The position numbers and the translations under genes are program-made. Positions 37,480-50,439 of a DNA stretch of 64,000 bases are shown here, piece after piece. Numbering within the stretch: position 1 is the stretch's first letter; every line of letters begins with the position of its first letter. Source of the stretch: Octopus bimaculoides (lineage: Eukaryota); the NCBI RefSeq assembly GCF_001194135.2, contig NC_068981.1, forward strand, positions 12,232,226 through 12,296,225, read 5' to 3'. Below the pieces are notes generated by a model that searched no databases, was not told the DNA's origin, and saw only the letters and a list, made by a program, of their open reading frames with translations.

Positions 37480-38030
37480 ATAATTTTCCACAGACATATT
37501 TACCGAAATTACATAAAAATATCTTGAAACAGGAAAGAGTCACTTTATTGAATAAAATCGCCATTGGTTTCAACCACGATCTCCAGTGAATTTGCGAATC
37601 TCTTGCAATTCTTCTGGACGGTCTCTTTCTTTAAGTTGGTGAATGCTGCCATACCTCTCACCTTCAGGGCTTCTTTCAGAGTTACAAGGAGTTTTGTTGG
37701 TCACTCGCTGATCTACGCTCCTCACACAAAAATCAAGTGAGTTGCATTCTGAGGAGTTAAGTGGTCAGATGTCAATGGTGATGTGGTCGCAGAGGTTGTT
37801 TGGCTACCATGGCCGGGTTCTTCTGCTTGTGGGTTATGACAGAAAGTCCTGTTATCAGACAAAGTGTCTTCCAGTAGCTAACATCTTAACCCTAGGATGC
37901 ATTACCTCCTCCAGGCAGATGTTGGCTGTGAGTCCGTGTAGGAAGATGAATGGAAGCATAATGTAAACATAACTAATGAGCAGTCAGAAAACGGTGACGT
38001 TGACTGGATGTTTGATTTTTATCCCTTACC
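37480..38030 (-). mobile_element. DD37D transposon 3' half, inverted
   Basis: Minus strand starts KIKHPVNVTVF and continues to the C-terminus (..VVETNGDFIQ*) and terminal sequence. Confidence 0.8.
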
Positions 38031-38279
38031 TGAATGATGCGGTGACATATATCAAAATTTCCCTTATAGAAATGTATTCATGAAAAGGTATAGAACTATA
38101 TTATTACATTAAAATTTGAGAAACAAACACTCACCACTTTTTTCTTTTAAAATGTTATTGCATGAGATTCATAGCATCAAATTTCTGGAATTGAGCTCAA
38201 TTATTTCAGCTTAATTAAAATATAGCTTGTTTTTAAAATAAATAAAAAAAAATTAATTATGCATAGATCCATTTATTTA

Positions 38280-38800
38280 AACGTGTTTACAAGAGGATTC
38301 TCTGTGAACAGGATGAAATAATTTCATCATTACAGAGTGAAAAAAAGAAATAAGGTTTACTTTCATCATACGGAAATAATTTAGATAGAATATTCCATTC
38401 CAAATCAAATTGTTTATTATGAACCTTTAGAGACCAAATTAATTTACTAAACCGAGAATTGATACGTTAACTGATATGTATAACATATTGATATTACATT
38501 TACTGATATGTCTAAATGTAGAGTAATGATTAGATATAATTTTGGAAAACTGAGATGAAGAACTACCTACATAAAAAAAGACATTGGAACCGGAAGTAAT
38601 TTTACATTGATAAATAGAGTTTCTAATCTTAGACTTATTGCTAAGGAAACGAATTCGATTGGAATCCGCATCAGAAACACTAACACTGCTGCTATCATTA
38701 TTTAAAGAATGGTTAGTGTTCATAATATCAATGTAACAATTTTCAATAAGTGGATTTGTATTTAGCAACTTATTATTATGCAAAGAGATGATTTGTGAAA
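38280..38800 (-). mobile_element. Neptune-type Penelope GIY-YIG fragment
   Basis: NRIRFLSN..IYQCKIT...FYVGSSSSQFSK..NHYSTF, later SLCNDE. Confidence 0.8.
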
Positions 38801-38869
38801 CAGGAAAAAAAAAACCCAGGAAATTTATACAGACTTATCAAGGCTTATTACCTAGAATTCCTTAGATAA

Positions 38870-40760
38870 GAACTATAGGATTATCAGTAAAAGTAACATC
38901 AGGAACGCCAACCATGAGGCGTAGAAAATTATGGAGAAATATGACTTACAGATGAAGCCAGAACCTTTTGATCCAAAACAACCTCGTTTTCTTTTAAAAG
39001 ATTACAAACTAAATATTTTAATAACCCAACCTTACAACTTCTATGTCCTTCTAGCTGTGATATCGATGTTCTTAGCAAAGATATTCGGATAAATATATTC
39101 CTACCTTAGTTAAAAGATTACAGCTTAATTCGTTCCAAGTTTAATTATATCAATAACAAGAAATGCAGTAACTACATCCAGTTTGGCGTTTCAAGTTTAT
39201 ATTCTTCTATCAACCCATTTGTACACAACAAGGCACTCTGGCTCACACACAAGAAAGCAGGTCTCGCCGGGGATGAAACTAATGTCGTCTTAGCTGCCAG
39301 AAAATCTATTCTTAAATTCGATAACAGGCTATGCGTCCGTAAAGATGCACCCGACAGTTTTCATGTCACGATGGGGAGTTCTGATTCAGTACAAATCGCT
39401 GATGACTTGTTCGGTATGTATATCTTTTATGTGATGGCTGACCAATTCCCAAACATGGAGATCTATATCGTGATGACTGTTTACCTTCAAAATGCTTCTA
39501 ACCCAAAATTAGAAACGGTTAAGAATTGGTTACTTAAATTTTTCCGAGATATGCGCTTATGCATTGTTTTTGACGATGATGTTACTAATGCCAAGTTTTT
39601 GGATATTACCCTTCACTTACATAATGAGTCATATTTCTTATATCATAAATCTGCAACTAATTTAAAATATATTAGCTGTTTCATTAATCAATCGAAGGAT
39701 ATTACAAAGAATGAAATTTTTCACTTAGACTTTCACATTATTTGCAAATGTTGATATCTTCAACGATAAAGCTGAATTTTATAACTCTGCCTTACTTAAA
39801 GCAAGCTATAAAGAAATAACTACCTATATTAACTCAATTTATATTAATTCTACCTGTATTAATCAGGACACGAAATCAAGTCATAACGATATAAACAATA
39901 TAAATTTCAGTTCGAATAACAAAGCCAAATCGAGTAAATTAATTCTACAGAGTAAGGGAGATAACCGTTCTTTAAAACCATTTATTCGTTATAAAGGCAA
40001 ATCGAGGACGTTAAAAGATTATTGCCCTAATTACAAGGCTTGTCTTAGCAAACCTGTTTGGTTGCTAATTCCATATGTTAAGCAGATCAATTCAACCTAC
40101 CATACCTGTTGCGGGAAGCTATAGAAAAGAATTTTCCCCAAAATTCAAGATACTATTCGATTATTAATTCACACCGAATCAGGTTATGGTTTTCTAACAA
40201 TTCTCCTTTCAAATATCTTCTCTTTGCATAATAATAAGTTCTGAAATACAAATCCACCTAATCGAAATTGTAACAGTGATATCATTACCACTAACCATTC
40301 TTTAAATAGTAATAGCAGTACTGTTAATGCTTCTGATCTGGATTCCAATTGCATTCGATTCCTTAGCAGTAATTCTAAAACTAGAAGCTCTATTTTTGAA
40401 TGTAACATTACTTCCGGTTCTTACGTCTTGTTTTATATAAGTACTGCCTTATCTCCGTTGTCCAAAAGAATATTTAATCTTTATCCCACATTTAGACAAT
40501 GCTGTGCTTAAAAATTAATTTGATCTCTAAAGATCATAATAAACAATTTGATTTGGAATGGAATATGCTATCTAAATCATTTCTGTATGATAAAAGTAAA
40601 TGTTTTCTTTTTTCGCTCAGTAATGATGAAATGTATTTCCTCCTGTTCTCAGAGTATCCTATTGCAAACGCGTTGAAAGAACGCACTTATCGTAGCAAAC
40701 ATTGGCAAAAACATACCTTTAATTCTTCCCATTCTATAAATTTCGACCTTTAACTGTCTT
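38870..40760 (+). mobile_element. Neptune-type Penelope element, decayed RT plus GIY-YIG
   Basis: ARKSILKF, FHVTMGS, YRDD at 39466-39477 (shifted frame), KFLDITL, then GIY-YIG homologous to 38280-38800 and 47650-48009. Confidence 0.8.
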
Positions 40761-41877
40761 CTAACATTTCACTTCCGCTTAATATAATTATTGACCATGC
40801 CTGTAAACTTTATTCCTATTCACCTCTCGCACTAAAATTCCTCACATTTAATCTTCTGCTAATTTCTTTCTTCCTCCTTCTCTCTCTATAAATTGCCTTT
40901 GACATTATATATATTAACGGTCCTATATATTTTCGCGGTTTTTTTAAAAATAACATTCCAGCGTTCCATTTATCGTATATGATGTAATCGCATTTGGTTA
41001 AAATGTCTTATTGATAAGTTGTGTCTCTCTCTTTTTACATCATTTTATTACTTGTGGAATAATACCAATGCTTCCTTCGAAACATGTGTCGGAAGTATAA
41101 AGTTTTGAATAACATCAGCGTTTAACACTATTTATTTATTTATCTATTTTAATCAAAAACAATTCACCAAAGTCTGGAATTGCTACCTTTATAATAGGCT
41201 ATTACATCGTTGGTACTTGTGTATGTTTTTGCTAATCTTGTAACTGTTTATTTATTTTTTCGGTGTTGTTTGTAAACTTTGAAAATACACACACACACAC
41301 AAAACATTCACACACACACACACACACACACAAAACATTCACACACACACACAGACACATACACACACACACAGAAAACACACACACAAAACATTCACAC
41401 ACACACACATATGTATGTATCTGTATTCACCTACTGACATACATGATTAATAATAATATAAAGTATTTCTGATTTGGGGAATATCATGAATTTTTCCTAA
41501 ATTTTAATTAACCAATCCAATGTAAATTTGTAAATTATCGTAATCAATGATCTTACCCCTTCTTACACTGCCCTTACAACCTCTTTACTCATTATCATAT
41601 TCAAATTATTATTAACAATCTTTACGTATACTCGCTGAGCATTTTGTCCGTCTTTATATTCTGGGTTAAAATTGTGCCATGGCCTAATTTGCTTACTATA
41701 TTTTCATGATCTTTTGAAATAAATAAAGATGAAGCCCTGGGATCGATATCATCAACTAACACCCTGCCACTAACTTACAGTTATTGTTCCTGAAATTGGT
41801 ATTAATCATGTGTATTAATAATTATATCGGACGAGGCGTATATAAAATACAATTATCAACAATATCCAGAAGTTCCC

Positions 41878-43059
41878 TTATTTCAAAATATTTTTCGTGG
41901 CACCGGAATGATTCATGCGTTCATTTAATACCTTCCACAGTTTGTAAATAATTTTCGTATGAGGTATATGATAAAAAACTACCTTTCTTTTGATGTCCTT
42001 TGAAAGCCCATCCAATGAATCACGAACACCCATTATATAGGCCGAATTATAATTAGTATGTTTTATACCTAGTGCATTGACCAGCATACCAGTTACATAA
42101 ACATCATCGACCCAAAGACGCGGAACTTTTAATGCAATTTTGAGTAAACGGACGGGCATGTCAGGGCTCAAGATATAAGCAGACCCCGAGCAATAAACGT
42201 CATAGGTGTTATTAGAATATTCTTCATGTGAAACATACCACTTACTATTTTTGTTTCTGATGACATGCATTCCAACCCATACATTACATAATATAAATTT
42301 TCTCCGAGCATACTTGTACTGTTGTAGATATCTCAAATGTTTTACCACTTGAAAAATATCGACTAATATATCATCATCTGTTTTCATTATATATGAGATA
42401 TTGTGGCAGTTTGTTGCGATCCAACGCAACGCTGCCATTGCTTTGGAATTTAAGTTTCGATATGTGTCGTTGAATTCACTCTGTAATATGTCATTGTAAC
42501 GGTCAGATTCTAATTTGACCATATCCATAACGTGACGGTCTTTGACGACACCCATCACAAATAATAACTTGATTTTAAATTTGCCCAACAGTTTTTTGTC
42601 GCCCCATGTTTTTCGTACTGCCGTTCGTCGCTTAAAGTTTTTTGGTGCAGTGTGAATATAAACAATCATAAAATCATCAGGGACACATATTAAAGAAGGT
42701 TTAATGATGTGACGTGAGTAATAAGGCAGTTCTTCTTCTGATGAGCTGTCCGGAAGGGAATTTTGAACTTTCATCGTCTCATTTTGTTTTGACTGTAAAC
42801 CACCATTGACTGTTAATGATAAACCATGCATCAATGAATGATCAGTTTTGTTCCTATTTATATTTTCATCGATTGTGATATTCTTATCTATGGCATTATT
42901 ACTCATTTTTCCCATTTCAAACTCCTGCCGATCCCGCCTCGAAAGCCATGTAACCTTAAAATGTTTCTTCGTAGAAGATATGTGAAGAAGAGTGTAAATT
43001 GAAGTGATGGTTAGGAAGCGGAGAAATATGCGGAATATTCTGGATCGGCGCAGAAACAT
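41878..43059 (-). CDS. B3GALT: GT31 beta-1,3-galactosyltransferase-like protein, paralogue 2 (393 aa)
   Basis: Intact ORF with TM anchor and the same GT31 motifs (RRTAVRKTWG, KTDDD, YCSGSAY, DDVYVTG, YH); clearly paralogous to 4627-5841; acceptor AG at 43124. Symbol is family-level only. Confidence 0.95.
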   Translation of the reverse strand: MFLRRSRIFRIFLRFLTITSIYTLLHISSTKKHFKVTWLSRRDRQEFEMGKMSNNAIDKNITIDENINRNKTDHSLMHGLSLTVNGGLQSKQNETMKVQNSLPDSSSEEELPYYSRHIIKPSLICVPDDFMIVYIHTAPKNFKRRTAVRKTWGDKKLLGKFKIKLLFVMGVVKDRHVMDMVKLESDRYNDILQSEFNDTYRNLNSKAMAALRWIATNCHNISYIMKTDDDILVDIFQVVKHLRYLQQYKYARRKFILCNVWVGMHVIRNKNSKWYVSHEEYSNNTYDVYCSGSAYILSPDMPVRLLKIALKVPRLWVDDVYVTGMLVNALGIKHTNYNSAYIMGVRDSLDGLSKDIKRKVVFYHIPHTKIIYKLWKVLNERMNHSGATKNILK

Positions 43060-44129
43060 TACTGCCGTAGTTCATTATATGCACACACTATTTTAGAAAG
43101 ATGCACTCAAATACCAATTTGAACTGTAATAAGGAAATGAAAAATATATTAGCGAAACAAAAATCAAATTAACATTATGGATTATAGGTATAAATACATA
43201 TAAGCTTATATATTCACATATATAAGCATACACACGTACATGCACCTATACATACAAGCATACATATATATTTTTTAAAATTGGCGCAGGTCCGAAGTCG
43301 CTCTCAACAATATGTTCGCATTCAATCAATATATATANNNNNNNNNNNNNNNNNNNNNNNNNNNNNNNNNNNNNNNNNNNNNNNNNNNNNNNNNNNNNNN
43401 NNNNNNNNNNNNNNNNNNNNNNNNNNNNNNNNNNNNNNNNNNNNNNNNNNNNNNNNNNNNNNNNNNNNNNNNNNNNNNNNNNNNNNNNNNNNNNNNNNNN
43501 NNNNNNNNNNNNNNNNNNNNNNNNNNNNNNNNNNNNNNNNNNNNNNNNNNNNNNNNNNNNNNNNNNNNNNNNNNNNNNNNNNNNNNNNNNNNNNNNNNNN
43601 NNNNNNNNNNNNNNNNNNNNNNNNNNNNNNNNNNNNNNNNNNNNNNNNNNNNNNNNNNNNNNNNNNNNNNNNNNNNNNNNNNNNNNNNNNNNNNNNNNNN
43701 NNNNNNNNNNNNNNNNNNNNNNNNNNNNNNNNNNNNNNNNNNNNNNNNNNNNNNNNNNNNNNNNNNNNNNNNNNNNNNNNNNNNNNNNNNNNNNNNNNNN
43801 NNNNNNNNNNNNNNNNNNNNNNNNNNNNNNNNNNNNNNNNNNNNNNNNNNNNNNNNNNNNNNNNNNNNNNNNNNNNNNNNNNNNNNNNNNNNNNNNNNNN
43901 NNNNNNNNNNNNNNNNNNNNNNNNNNNNNNNNNNNNNNNNNNNNNNNNNNNNNNNNNNNNNNNNNNNNNNNNNNNNNNNNNNNNNNNNNNNNNNNNNNNN
44001 NNNNNNNNNNNNNNNNNNNNNNNNNNNNNNNNNNNNNNNNNNNNNNNNNNNNNNNNNNNNNNNNNNNNNNNNNNNNNNNNNNNNNNNNNNNNNNNNNNNN
44101 NNNNNNNNNNNNNNNNNNNGACAACAAGC

Positions 44130-44800
44130 AGTGTACATTAAATATCACTGTTCCCTTTGCTTATGGCACAGCGGGGACAAGGAAGAATATTATTTCTAAC
44201 AAATCTGAGCAACACAAACATCACTTACACTCCGACAAAAAAGAAACAGAGAACAATATGTAAAAACTTTAGATACGATCGGCGAGTGTTTCAAATACGT
44301 CACTTCAAAATTTCCAAGTTCAAATTATGAAAAAAAAAACAAGGCGGGAATTTTCGACGGTCCACGAATAAAGGCATCAACGAAAGGTTGCGATTTTCCT
44401 AATGCCATGAATGGATGCGAACAAAATGCCTAGTTCTCATTCGTGGAATTGATAGGAAAATTTAAAGGCAAATTAAAGGGCAGATAACTACAAAGTAATC
44501 ATGAAAATAAACCAAATCACTTTTTAAGGGACTACAGAGAGTTACGTTGCAATATGAGCGTAAATATTTATTTTTGGAATAGTCTTCTGGAGCAATTTTC
44601 AAGTAATTCAAGCTCTGTAAATGACGGACGACAGGAAAGATTCCACGAAGATATGGGAATTGTGGAGTAACTGTATAAATGATGCTGGGATTCCAACATG
44701 ATGGGTGATTACTGTTTCATAAGAATGTTTCATAAGATTACTTGATGAGTGTGCTGCCATCAAGAAGCAAATGCGCTAGAAAGTTTTATCAAAGACAATT
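44130..44800 (+). mobile_element. Chapaev3 (CMC)-like transposase remnant
   Basis: KYHCSLCLW, QYVKTL...CFKY...FP, AGIFDGPRI, CNMSV, ERFHED, WDSNMMGDYC; family assignment from recalled motifs. Confidence 0.6.
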
Positions 44801-46409
44801 TTTACCGGAGAGAAAACTGGTTGTTGCACATTTTCCCACTTTGTGTGGATATTTTATCCTGTTTCTGCAGTTCTATCAGCGTTTGTGCATTTGAAATATA
44901 CTATTATCTTATTTTCATCTCACAATAAACAATCTCATAAATTCCAATCTAGATATAATATCTTCCAACTTACTATCTTGATTTTTCGCTAGGCATAGCT
45001 CCAACAAATATATATATANNNNNNNNNNNNNNNNNNNNNNNNNNNNNNNNNNNNNNNNNNNNNNNNNNNNNNNNNNNNNNNNNNNNNNNNNNNNNNNNNN
45101 NNNNNNNNNNNNNNNNNNNNNNNNNNNNNNNNNNNNNNNNNNNNNNNNNNNNNNNNNNNNNNNNNNNNNNNNNNNNNNNNNNNNNNNNNNNNNNNNNNNN
45201 NNNNNNNNNNNNNNNNNNNNNNNNNNNNNNNNNNNNNNNNNNNNNNNNNNNNNNNNNNNNNNNNNNNNNNNNNNNNNNNNNNNNNNNNNNNNNNNNNNNN
45301 NNNNNNNNNNNNNNNNNNNNNNNNNNNNNNNNNNNNNNNNNNNNNNNNNNNNNNNNNNNNNNNNNNNNNNNNNNNNNNNNNNNNNNNNNNNNNNNNNNNN
45401 NNNNNNNNNNNNNNNNNNNNNNNNNNNNNNNNNNNNNNNNNNNNNNNNNNNNNNNNNNNNNNNNNNNNNNNNNNNNNNNNNNNNNNNNNNNNNNNNNNNN
45501 NNNNNNNNNNNNNNNNNNNNNNNNNNNNNNNNNNNNNNNNNNNNNNNNNNNNNNNNNNNNNNNNNNNNNNNNNNNNNNNNNNNNNNNNNNNNNNNNNNNN
45601 NNNNNNNNNNNNNNNNNNNNNNNNNNNNNNNNNNNNNNNNNNNNNNNNNNNNNNNNNNNNNNNNNNNNNNNNNNNNNNNNNNNNNNNNNNNNNNNNNNNN
45701 NNNNNNNNNNNNNNNNNNNNNNNNNNNNNNNNNNNNNNNNNNNNNNNNNNNNNNNNNNNNNNNNNNNNNNNNNNNNNNNNNNNNNNNNNNNNNNNNNNNN
45801 NNNNNNNNNNNNNNNNNNNNNNNNNNNNNNNNNNNNNNNNNNNNNNNNNNNNNNNNNNNNNNNNNNNNNNNNNNNNNNNNNNNNNNNNNNNNNNNNNNNN
45901 NNNNNNNNNNNNNNNNNNNNNNNNNNNNNNNNNNNNNNNNNNNNNNNNNNNNNNNNNNNNNNNNNNNNNNNNNNNNNNNNNNNNNNNNCAGGGAGTTCAT
46001 AATAAAACATCTAATAGCAAGACAAAAACGAAATAATGGGGTAACTTACGAGCTGAGATGTTACATGGTCAGTGACCGTTAGAAGGTTTGTTTACATAGA
46101 AATGTTAAGGGGTCAACGATATTATTCCATGGGCTTTAGTAATAAGAACGCTAGTTTACATAGAAATATAAAGGGAGGGTGTTTTTGACGTGATGCTAAA
46201 GGTTGAAACCAAAGAGTTATTTGAATATGGGGAGATAAGTATATTGTGGTTCTGTTAAATTAGGGAGAGAGCTAATTGTTGAGTTAAGAAAGGGGGAGGA
46301 AGGGAGTTAACTAAGGTAGTACATCATATGAAGGAACCCAATGACATTAATATGTAGCGAAAAAGTAAGTAGAATTGAAAGTAAATGAAACATCGTAGTC
46401 TAGTGAATG

Positions 46410-47010
46410 TTTACATATGTGTGTGCGAGCGCGCACATACATGTGTACAAATACGTGCGTGCACGCACAAGTACCGACACATGCATATACACATATACAT
46501 ACACCCATGTATACATACCCATAGACACGCATACCCCCATACACATACACACACACACCCATACAGAAACCTTCACATATACATATGCACACACACGCTC
46601 ACCTATATATACGTGCCTGTATATATACATACATTCCTGTATATATACAAACATGCAAATACCCACACACGCACACACATGCATACGCACACATGCCCAT
46701 ACACACACACACACACACACACGCCCCGTGCTCGTACATGTACACACACATACATATACATATACACATATACTTATGTATACATACCCATTCACACACA
46801 TACACCCATACACATACACACACACCCATACCGAAACCCTCACATATACATATGCACACAAACGCACACCTATACGTGCGTACCTGTTTATATACATACT
46901 TTCCTGTATATATGCAAACATGCAAACACCCACACACGCACATACATATGCACGCATGCACATACACACACGCACCCACATTTGTATATATATATATATA
47001 TACACTTGTA

Positions 47011-47084
<74 letters not shown>

Positions 47085-47160
47085 TACATGCACACACACA
47101 CATGCACCCATACACACACACTCAAACACACGTATGCATATATGTACACATACACATACA
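46410..47160. repeat. Compound (CA/TA/CATA) microsatellite-minisatellite
   Basis: Direct inspection. Confidence 0.95.
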
Positions 47161-47326
47161 CATGTGTTTTGTTTAAGATTATAAAAAATGTTAAGATTAA
47201 TAACATACTGATTTGAAGCGAAGAACATAAACATGATAAATGAAATAGCATTACCCTGTTATATATTAATATACTTATGTTAGCGCTAATCAATGTAAAA
47301 ACGAAGTACAGAGTGTTTTGTTGAGA

Positions 47327-47409
<83 letters not shown>
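47327..47409. repeat. (TAA)n microsatellite
   Basis: About 27 consecutive taa units. Confidence 0.95.
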
Positions 47410-47412
<3 letters not shown>

Positions 47413-49788
47413 TATACATGCTAATAAGGAGAAGGTCCGATATAAGACAAAGCAGCTGGTGATACAAGGTAGCCTAAGCTGTGATTACTGGGAAGGAAAA
47501 ATTAATCAACTATAGAAGGGGAAAAGGCAAGTTGTGGTGGATGAAAAAGTGGAAATTATTCATAGGATATTAGTAAAAAAAAATTATAATTATAATAATA
47601 ACTATAATAATAATAATGCTTGAAACCTAACCTGGTAGGAATGATGTAGCTAGCGGTAGTAAAAGATGGTATGTTTCTTGAAGTGCTGACAGTGGTACGC
47701 CCTCTGAGTGATTTGGTTAACTAGGTGATTCTTGGAGAACAGGATATAAAAAAGCTCCAAGTTACAAAGAGGGCAGAATTCCCTCCCCTTGTCATAGGGA
47801 ACTGAGGTGGCTAGTATGGACCATTCCAAAGAGAATTGCTTATTGCAATCCTTCAGTTCCCAAATAAAATTACTTAGGCCAGTAGTGCTAGCTTTATTTC
47901 TATATCTAAACGACGAATAATGATTCAAGATTCTCTTGGATACCTGTGTCGATGAACTACCTACATAGTATGAGGCATCAGTGTTAGAAGTTACCTTGCA
48001 TTGATACACTAAATTTTGGTCCTTGAATTCGCACTCAAAAACCTGATTCTATTAGGATTTAATTCCGAGATGCTAATCTTATTGCTAATCTTATTATTGT
48101 TACAGATATTTATGCGATTCCCAATATTGGATATACTACCTGTACCAATATCTAACTGATTAATGCCATCATTTGTGTGCGTTAAATTGTTGGAGTAATT
48201 ATTATTGCTACAGGTTTGAGCATTACTAATATTATGATTATGACTAGGATGGCCGTCTATAGATGAATCCAAAAACCTGAGATTGTGGGAAGATATAATC
48301 TGTAACAAATTTTTGGTGTTCGAAAACCCAAATCTAACCTTATGCGAGTTGATAATTGGGTAATAGTAGGAGCCTTTATGGAAATTCCCACTCACCGCGT
48401 CTCGGAACTGTCGGACCAAATCTGATTTGACCAGCTTCCCAAACGGGAGTGTGAGCCAGATATTCTTATTATTATCAACAGATCTAGATGTAGTATTAGA
48501 GTGGTTAAACACGTAAGGATGTTTGAATTTGTTAAAGTATTTGGGGCCAGTTGGGGCACTTCTCTTATGTGAGTTAAGAGGATAACCCACTTTCACAGTA
48601 AAGTGAGAAGAATAGGAAGGAATATAAATGGGTTCATCTACGCTAGTAAAGGGGGTATCATGTTGTGTAGAAGGGGGAAGATCACTAGAAGAGTTAATGT
48701 ACACTACCTTTTCCTTATAGAAGTCAGCCTCCTTATTGAAAATTTGGGAGTTAGAAGAAAGTTTGGAAAGCCTAATTGAGATATTACTAACCAAATTACT
48801 GGTTATATGTCTTGGATGGTTACTAAAGGGGCTTATGTATTTGAGATTAGTTGAATTGGAATTGGAAATGAGTATTATTGTATAAATCTAAGGTAACGTC
48901 CAGAAAGTTTGCCACAGAGATCTCATCCTTAAAAACAATGCCAAAGCCCATTCTTTTGAAGAATCTGGCTAATCTATTCTTAACTTTTTCATAGGAACAT
49001 CAAAATCCTCCGGAGTATCCTTACGGATCCAAAGTTTATTGTTAAATTTAATGATAGATTTACGGGCCGCTAAAATTACATTAATTTCCTCCCTAAAGAG
49101 ACCTGCTTTATTGTGTGCGAACCAAAGCGTTTTGTTAAGGATAATAGGGTTAACAGAGGAGTAGAAACTAGAAATGTCAAACTGTATGAATTTGGTATTA
49201 TTCTTATCCTTGATTGAATTAAACCAATCTATAACTTGAGAAGAGTTAGACCAAAGTTTCAGTTTTAACTTATTAATTATAGTGGGTATATATAAACTAG
49301 CGTTGTAAACTATGTAAACTAGCGTTATTATTACTAAAGCCCATGGAATAATATCGTTGACCCCTTAACATTTCTATGTAAACAAACCTTCTAACGGTCA
49401 CTGACCATGTAACATCTCAGCTCGTAAGTTACCCCATCATTTCGTTTTTGTCTTGCTATTACATGTTTTATTATGAACTCCCTGAAGAGAAATAAATGAG
49501 GAACCCCAACAGCTCTTTCTTCTTTGTGAAAACTACAGCGTTGATTAAAATAACAGTTCACAATACTTAAATATCTGATAAGGACAATTAACATTACCCT
49601 CTAAATTACACATAAACTTAATGAAACAAACATTTACCAACTACGAAGAATAATAATGTTAGCTCATTAAATATTAAAATATAAAAAAAACAATATAAAA
49701 CCCCATAAAACGTAATAAGTACCATAATTCAAAGTAAATAATACGATGATTTCAATCGAAAATAAAAAGGAATTCATTTATTTACAAA

Positions 49789-49817
49789 CTAGCAGCAGTG
49801 CCCGGCGTTGCTCAGGG
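49789..49817 (-). mobile_element. Helitron 3' terminus (hairpin plus CTAG)
   Basis: Minus strand ccctgagcaacgccggg hairpin, then cactgctg, CTAG, followed by host T. Confidence 0.75.
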
Positions 49818-50439
49818 CTGAATCGCTTTAAAGCACTGTTAATGATTCTACTCAATTATGATTAGTGAGGCAAAGATTGATAGAAGTTAACACCCCACCA
49901 ATCAATTTGTAACACTCTAAGAAGCGGGTAACAATAGAATATCAGGTGGCCCTGAAAAGGCTGTGTTATCGTTCTCACAATTGTAACAATTTGGCAGGTA
50001 GTCCTGGAAGGGTGTGTAAAACGTTCGCAGGTGAATACGGCGTGTTCCTTTTCCACCAATGGCAGCGGACGTGCTGTTACAAAACTTCATGCTCTGTGAA
50101 AACAGAATAGATGCCCTATGGAGGAAAGAGGGGGATTAATTATAGGTAAGTAAATACGGGTAAGTTCGAAAATAAACAACAATGGCATCTCTTCAACTTA
50201 TGAAAGACCGGCAAGCGTGTAGTGGTGCTGAATAGATGAATCACAACACCTCAGTCATGGAGATGTGCAAAATAGCCTGTTACGTTTGAATATTTTGTAT
50301 TTTATGTAAAATGTAATGGTGTAAAATATAATGGTGAGAGAGAAGATGTATGTATTTAGTTTTATCAACTTTTTAAGTCTTGTTATTTGAAGTATATTGT
50401 AATGGCGTGTAAGAGATAGTTACTTCTTCATGTAATTAG

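Larger units (their letters stand above)
45989..49560 (-). mobile_element. Neptune-type Penelope element with inverted pLTRs and deleted RT core
   Basis: FIQFDISSFY, FDVPM|KKL, FLDVTL, WLTLPF, GIY-YIG YYVGSS..NHYSSF..CPLCNLE..CQH; 175-bp inverted arms 45989-46163 / 49310-49484 with 3 mismatches. Confidence 0.85.

Noticed and set aside
43246-46010. Long ORFs in the track here and at 605-1057, 7639-8374, 13001-13832, 20667-21226, 35036-35644 and 57803-59109
   Set aside because: They are open only because they cross N gaps and (TA)n runs
46385-47467. His/Thr/Tyr/Ile-rich and poly-Asn/poly-Ile ORFs
   Set aside because: Translations of compound microsatellites
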